Assembly: GCA_964565125.1 (NCBI GenBank)
Contig: CAZMCX010000044.1
Location: 1-6,541, forward strand
Direction of reading: 5' to 3'
Length of the DNA stretch: 6,541 nt
DNA from: an uncultured archaeon
Lineage (GTDB): Archaea; Iainarchaeota; Iainarchaeia; Iainarchaeales; 0-14-0-20-30-16
Positions 4,025 through 6,541 of this stretch are shown here, one piece after another. Every line of letters begins with the position of its first letter. Positions within the stretch are counted from its first letter, which is position 1. The notes below the pieces were generated by a model. It was not told the DNA's origin and did not search any database. It worked only from the letters and a program-made list of their open reading frames with translations. The translations under genes and the position numbers were made by a program.

Positions 4025-6502
4025 TTATTCCAAATGTATTGCTGGCTTTCCAGGTTTTGTTTTTCCAGATTTATTTTCCGGGTCATATTTGCTTTTGTCA
4101 TTAACAGCAAAAACAACAATTTCTAAATTTGTTTTTTTCTTAATAAAATCAATTGAGTCTTTATACAAATTCAATTCATTTGGCAAAACATAAATATATG
4201 CTTTAGTTTTCTTTATCCCTTGTTTCTCCTGCACAATCCTTAAAATATTATTTATGTCGCTTGCAACTTTTTCTATAATCTGCTCTTCTTGGTCAAATCT
4301 TGGATTTATTTTTGTTTCATCTGCTTTAGGCCATTTCTCCAAGCAAATGAATCCTTTATTTCCTATTTTCTCCCAAATTTCTTCAGTTATGTGCGGGCAG
4401 AATGGAGAAATAAGTTTCAAGATAGTTTCATAGTTCTTTTTTGATATGCCTTCTTGCGCAGAATCAAAAATATCTATAATAGATATTATTGCCTTAGGAT
4501 ACTCAAAGGTTTCTATTGCATTAGTAACTGTTTTTATTAATAAGTTAATTTTATGATCCATTCGTTCATCTTTTTTATTTGATACTTTGTCTTTCAGGCG
4601 TATTAATTTCGTTATTATTCTATAGCTTCCCCCCACTCCCTCATCAGACCACTCCATTTGTTTATCTGGTGAACAAACAAACATCAAAAATAATCTTGCA
4701 GTATCAATACCATATTTTTTAGAAATTTCTGTTTGTAACACAACATTTCCTTTAGACTTTGACATTTTTACTCCGCCTTTATTAAGCATTCCTTGATTGA
4801 ACAGTTTCATAAATGGTTCATCAAACTCAATAAACTTTAGATCTTTCAAAACTTTTGTAAAAAATCTGGCATACATTAAATGCATTACTGCGTGCTCGGC
4901 ACCACCAAGATATTGGTCCACTGGCATCCAATAATTTACTTTTTTACTATCAAAAGGTTTTGTTTTATTTTTATTATCGCAATATCGCAAAAAATACCAA
5001 GACGAATCTACAAATCCGCCCATGGTGTCAGTTTCTCTTTTTGCAGGACCCTTACATTTTGGACATTTTGTATTTACAAAATTTTTATTTGTTGCTAATG
5101 GATTTCCAAGTACTTTAAAATCTGCTTTTTCGGGAAGTAAAACTGGTAATTCTTTTTCAGGGGTTGGAACTATTCCACACTTGTTACAATAAACTATTGG
5201 TATTGGGGTACCCCAATATCTTTGTCTTGAAATTAGCCAATCCCTTATCTTATAGTTTGTTGTTATCTTTCCCAATTTATTTTTTTCAAGCCATTTTGCC
5301 ATTTTTGGTAAGGCATCCATATTATTTTGTCCAGAGAATTCTCCAGAATTAAACAAAATACCATTGTCAATAAATGCATCTTTAAAATCTTTGGGATAAA
5401 TTGGCTTTCCGTCTTTACTAATTACAAACTTTAATGGAATTTTATATTTTATCGCAAATCTAAAATCCCTCTTATCATGTGCATCGCACAGTACAATTCC
5501 AGTACCATACATTACTGCAAAATTTGTAACATATATAGGAATCTTTTCTTTAGTTGCAGGATTTATTGCATATTTTCCAGTAAAGACCCCCTCTTTTTCT
5601 TTTTCCTCATTTATTCTATCTTCAATTTTTTCTTTTATTATTTTCTTAATAAATTCTTTTACTTCTTTTTCATATTTTGTTCCTTTTACAAGATCATTTA
5701 CTAATGGACTCTCTGGAGCTATTGCTAAATATGTTACTGAAAAAATGGTATCACATCTTGTAGTAAATGCTTCTAAAACAATCTTGGAATTTTCTAAAGG
5801 AAAGAATATGTTTACTCCTTCACTTTTTCCAATCCAGTTTCTTTGCATTGTTTTTATTTTTTCTGGCCAGTCTATTTTTTCTAAGTCATTTAATAGTCTA
5901 TCAGCATAAGCAGTTATTTTGAAAAACCATTGCTCCATATCTTTTTGAATAACATCATTTCCGCATCTCCAACAAACTCCGCCCTCTGCTTCTTCATTTG
6001 CTAAAACACTTTTACAATTTTCACACCAATTTACTGGTGCTTTTTTTCTATATGCCAACCCTTTTTCCAACATTTTTATGAAAAAATATTGATTCCATCT
6101 ATAATAATCTGGTTCGTGAGATGATAAAACTCGATCCCAAGCATAACTATTTCCTAACTCTTTTTGATATTTCATAATTTGTGCGATTGCATCAGTAGTA
6201 TATTTTTCTGGATGTATTCCTTGTTTTTTTGATGCTTGTTCTGCAGGCAATCCAAAGGAGTCATAACCAATTGGATAAAGAACATTGTATCCTTGCATTC
6301 TTCTAAATCTAGCAAAAACATCCCCCAAAGTATAGGTTCTTACATGGCCCATATGCAAAAAGCTTGCAGAAGGGTAAGGGTACATTTCCATTATGAAGCA
6401 TTTTTTCTTTTTAGAGTCTTCTGTTACTTCAAATATCTTTTCTTTTTCCCATTTCTTTTGCCATTTTTCTTCTATTTTTCGCATATTTAGTTCTTCAACC
6501 AT
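4025..6502 (-). CDS. leuS: Leucyl-tRNA synthetase with a bacterial-type core (class Ia, CP1 editing domain) and an atypical, archaeal-looking C-terminal region
   Basis: 825-aa ORF. The HIGH motif HMGH is at nt 6344-6355 and KMSKS at nt 4754-4768. The sequence is near-colinear with E. coli LeuRS as I recall it: YPYPS..LHMGHVR.YT.GDV.AR..RM.G.NVL.PIG.D.FGLPAE, VNWC....VLANE......CWRC...V......QWF.KITAYAD.LL.DL....WP...KTMQRNWIG.SEGV. The editing-domain motifs are TTRCDT (consensus TTRPDT) and YGTG....AHDKRDF. Both Zn modules are present (CENC...CWRC and CNKC...CPKC). The C-terminus (aa about 726-825) lacks the bacterial Q.NGK / vPgklvN blocks and ends KPGKPAIHLE. Confidence 0.95.
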   Translation of the reverse strand: MVEELNMRKIEEKWQKKWEKEKIFEVTEDSKKKKCFIMEMYPYPSASFLHMGHVRTYTLGDVFARFRRMQGYNVLYPIGYDSFGLPAEQASKKQGIHPEKYTTDAIAQIMKYQKELGNSYAWDRVLSSHEPDYYRWNQYFFIKMLEKGLAYRKKAPVNWCENCKSVLANEEAEGGVCWRCGNDVIQKDMEQWFFKITAYADRLLNDLEKIDWPEKIKTMQRNWIGKSEGVNIFFPLENSKIVLEAFTTRCDTIFSVTYLAIAPESPLVNDLVKGTKYEKEVKEFIKKIIKEKIEDRINEEKEKEGVFTGKYAINPATKEKIPIYVTNFAVMYGTGIVLCDAHDKRDFRFAIKYKIPLKFVISKDGKPIYPKDFKDAFIDNGILFNSGEFSGQNNMDALPKMAKWLEKNKLGKITTNYKIRDWLISRQRYWGTPIPIVYCNKCGIVPTPEKELPVLLPEKADFKVLGNPLATNKNFVNTKCPKCKGPAKRETDTMGGFVDSSWYFLRYCDNKNKTKPFDSKKVNYWMPVDQYLGGAEHAVMHLMYARFFTKVLKDLKFIEFDEPFMKLFNQGMLNKGGVKMSKSKGNVVLQTEISKKYGIDTARLFLMFVCSPDKQMEWSDEGVGGSYRIITKLIRLKDKVSNKKDERMDHKINLLIKTVTNAIETFEYPKAIISIIDIFDSAQEGISKKNYETILKLISPFCPHITEEIWEKIGNKGFICLEKWPKADETKINPRFDQEEQIIEKVASDINNILRIVQEKQGIKKTKAYIYVLPNELNLYKDSIDFIKKKTNLEIVVFAVNDKSKYDPENKSGKTKPGKPAIHLE

Positions 6503-6541
6503 TCAAATCACACAAATAAGTTAGAATACAATAATATATAT
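6503..6541 (-). promoter_or_regulatory. Candidate leuS promoter/5' region: TATA-like element at the window edge plus a GTGAT SD-like motif 4 nt before the ATG
   Basis: The minus strand reads ATATATATTATTGTATTCTAACTTATTTGTGTGATTTGA-ATG. The ATATATATTA element (6541..6532) is centred about 34 bp upstream of the ATG. GTGAT (6511..6507) is complementary to the AUCAC that precedes CCUCC in the typical archaeal 16S 3' tail. The feature is truncated by the window edge. Confidence 0.4.

Noticed and set aside
3025-6490. Eight plus-strand ORFs of 62-84 aa inside pus10 and leuS (3025-3246, 3209-3403, 3618-3809, 3978-4193, 4880-5098, 5164-5352, 5477-5704, 6236-6490)
   Set aside because: All are antisense to genes with clear family motifs, short, hydrophobic or low-complexity, and without initiation signals. 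I treat them as shadow ORFs.
1-6541. Whole-window search for tRNA/rRNA genes, CRISPR repeats, inverted terminal repeats, integrase or transposase genes, toxin-antitoxin pairs or defence-system genes
   Set aside because: I saw none. Non-coding space totals only about 280 bp, is AT-rich, and shows no cloverleaf-capable GC-rich segments or spaced repeat arrays. The only exact repeat of note is the 19-mer reported above. This looks like core-genome rather than accessory DNA.

Overview
This is a very AT-rich window (roughly 30% G+C by eye, not computed). It is almost fully occupied by five tightly packed housekeeping genes, and their mix points to an archaeon with a small, streamlined genome, possibly DPANN-like, though this is inferred only from protein content and size. 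From left to right the genes are: archaeal-type DnaG/TOPRIM primase (-), a small DUF167/YggU-family protein (-), a minimal ThiI tRNA 4-thiouridine synthase (+), a short Pus10 tRNA pseudouridine synthase (-), and a leucyl-tRNA synthetase (-). I saw no rRNA or tRNA genes, CRISPR arrays, transposases, integrases or recognisable defence genes, and I cannot support an undescribed multi-gene system here. Two observations deserve follow-up. First, the LeuRS has an unmistakably bacterial-type catalytic core, but its C-terminal ~100 aa look archaeal rather than bacterial, which suggests a chimeric or transferred enzyme in an archaeal genome. Second, a perfect 19-bp duplication of the dnaG ribosome-binding site and start codon lies 70 bp upstream and opens a 32-codon out-of-frame ORF that overlaps the dnaG start. 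Lesser notes cover three adjacent tRNA-acting enzymes, an N-terminally shortened Pus10, a ThiI with no rhodanese domain or CxxC motif, and a GTGAT-N4-ATG motif at two starts. All homology calls come from remembered family motifs, not from database searches.
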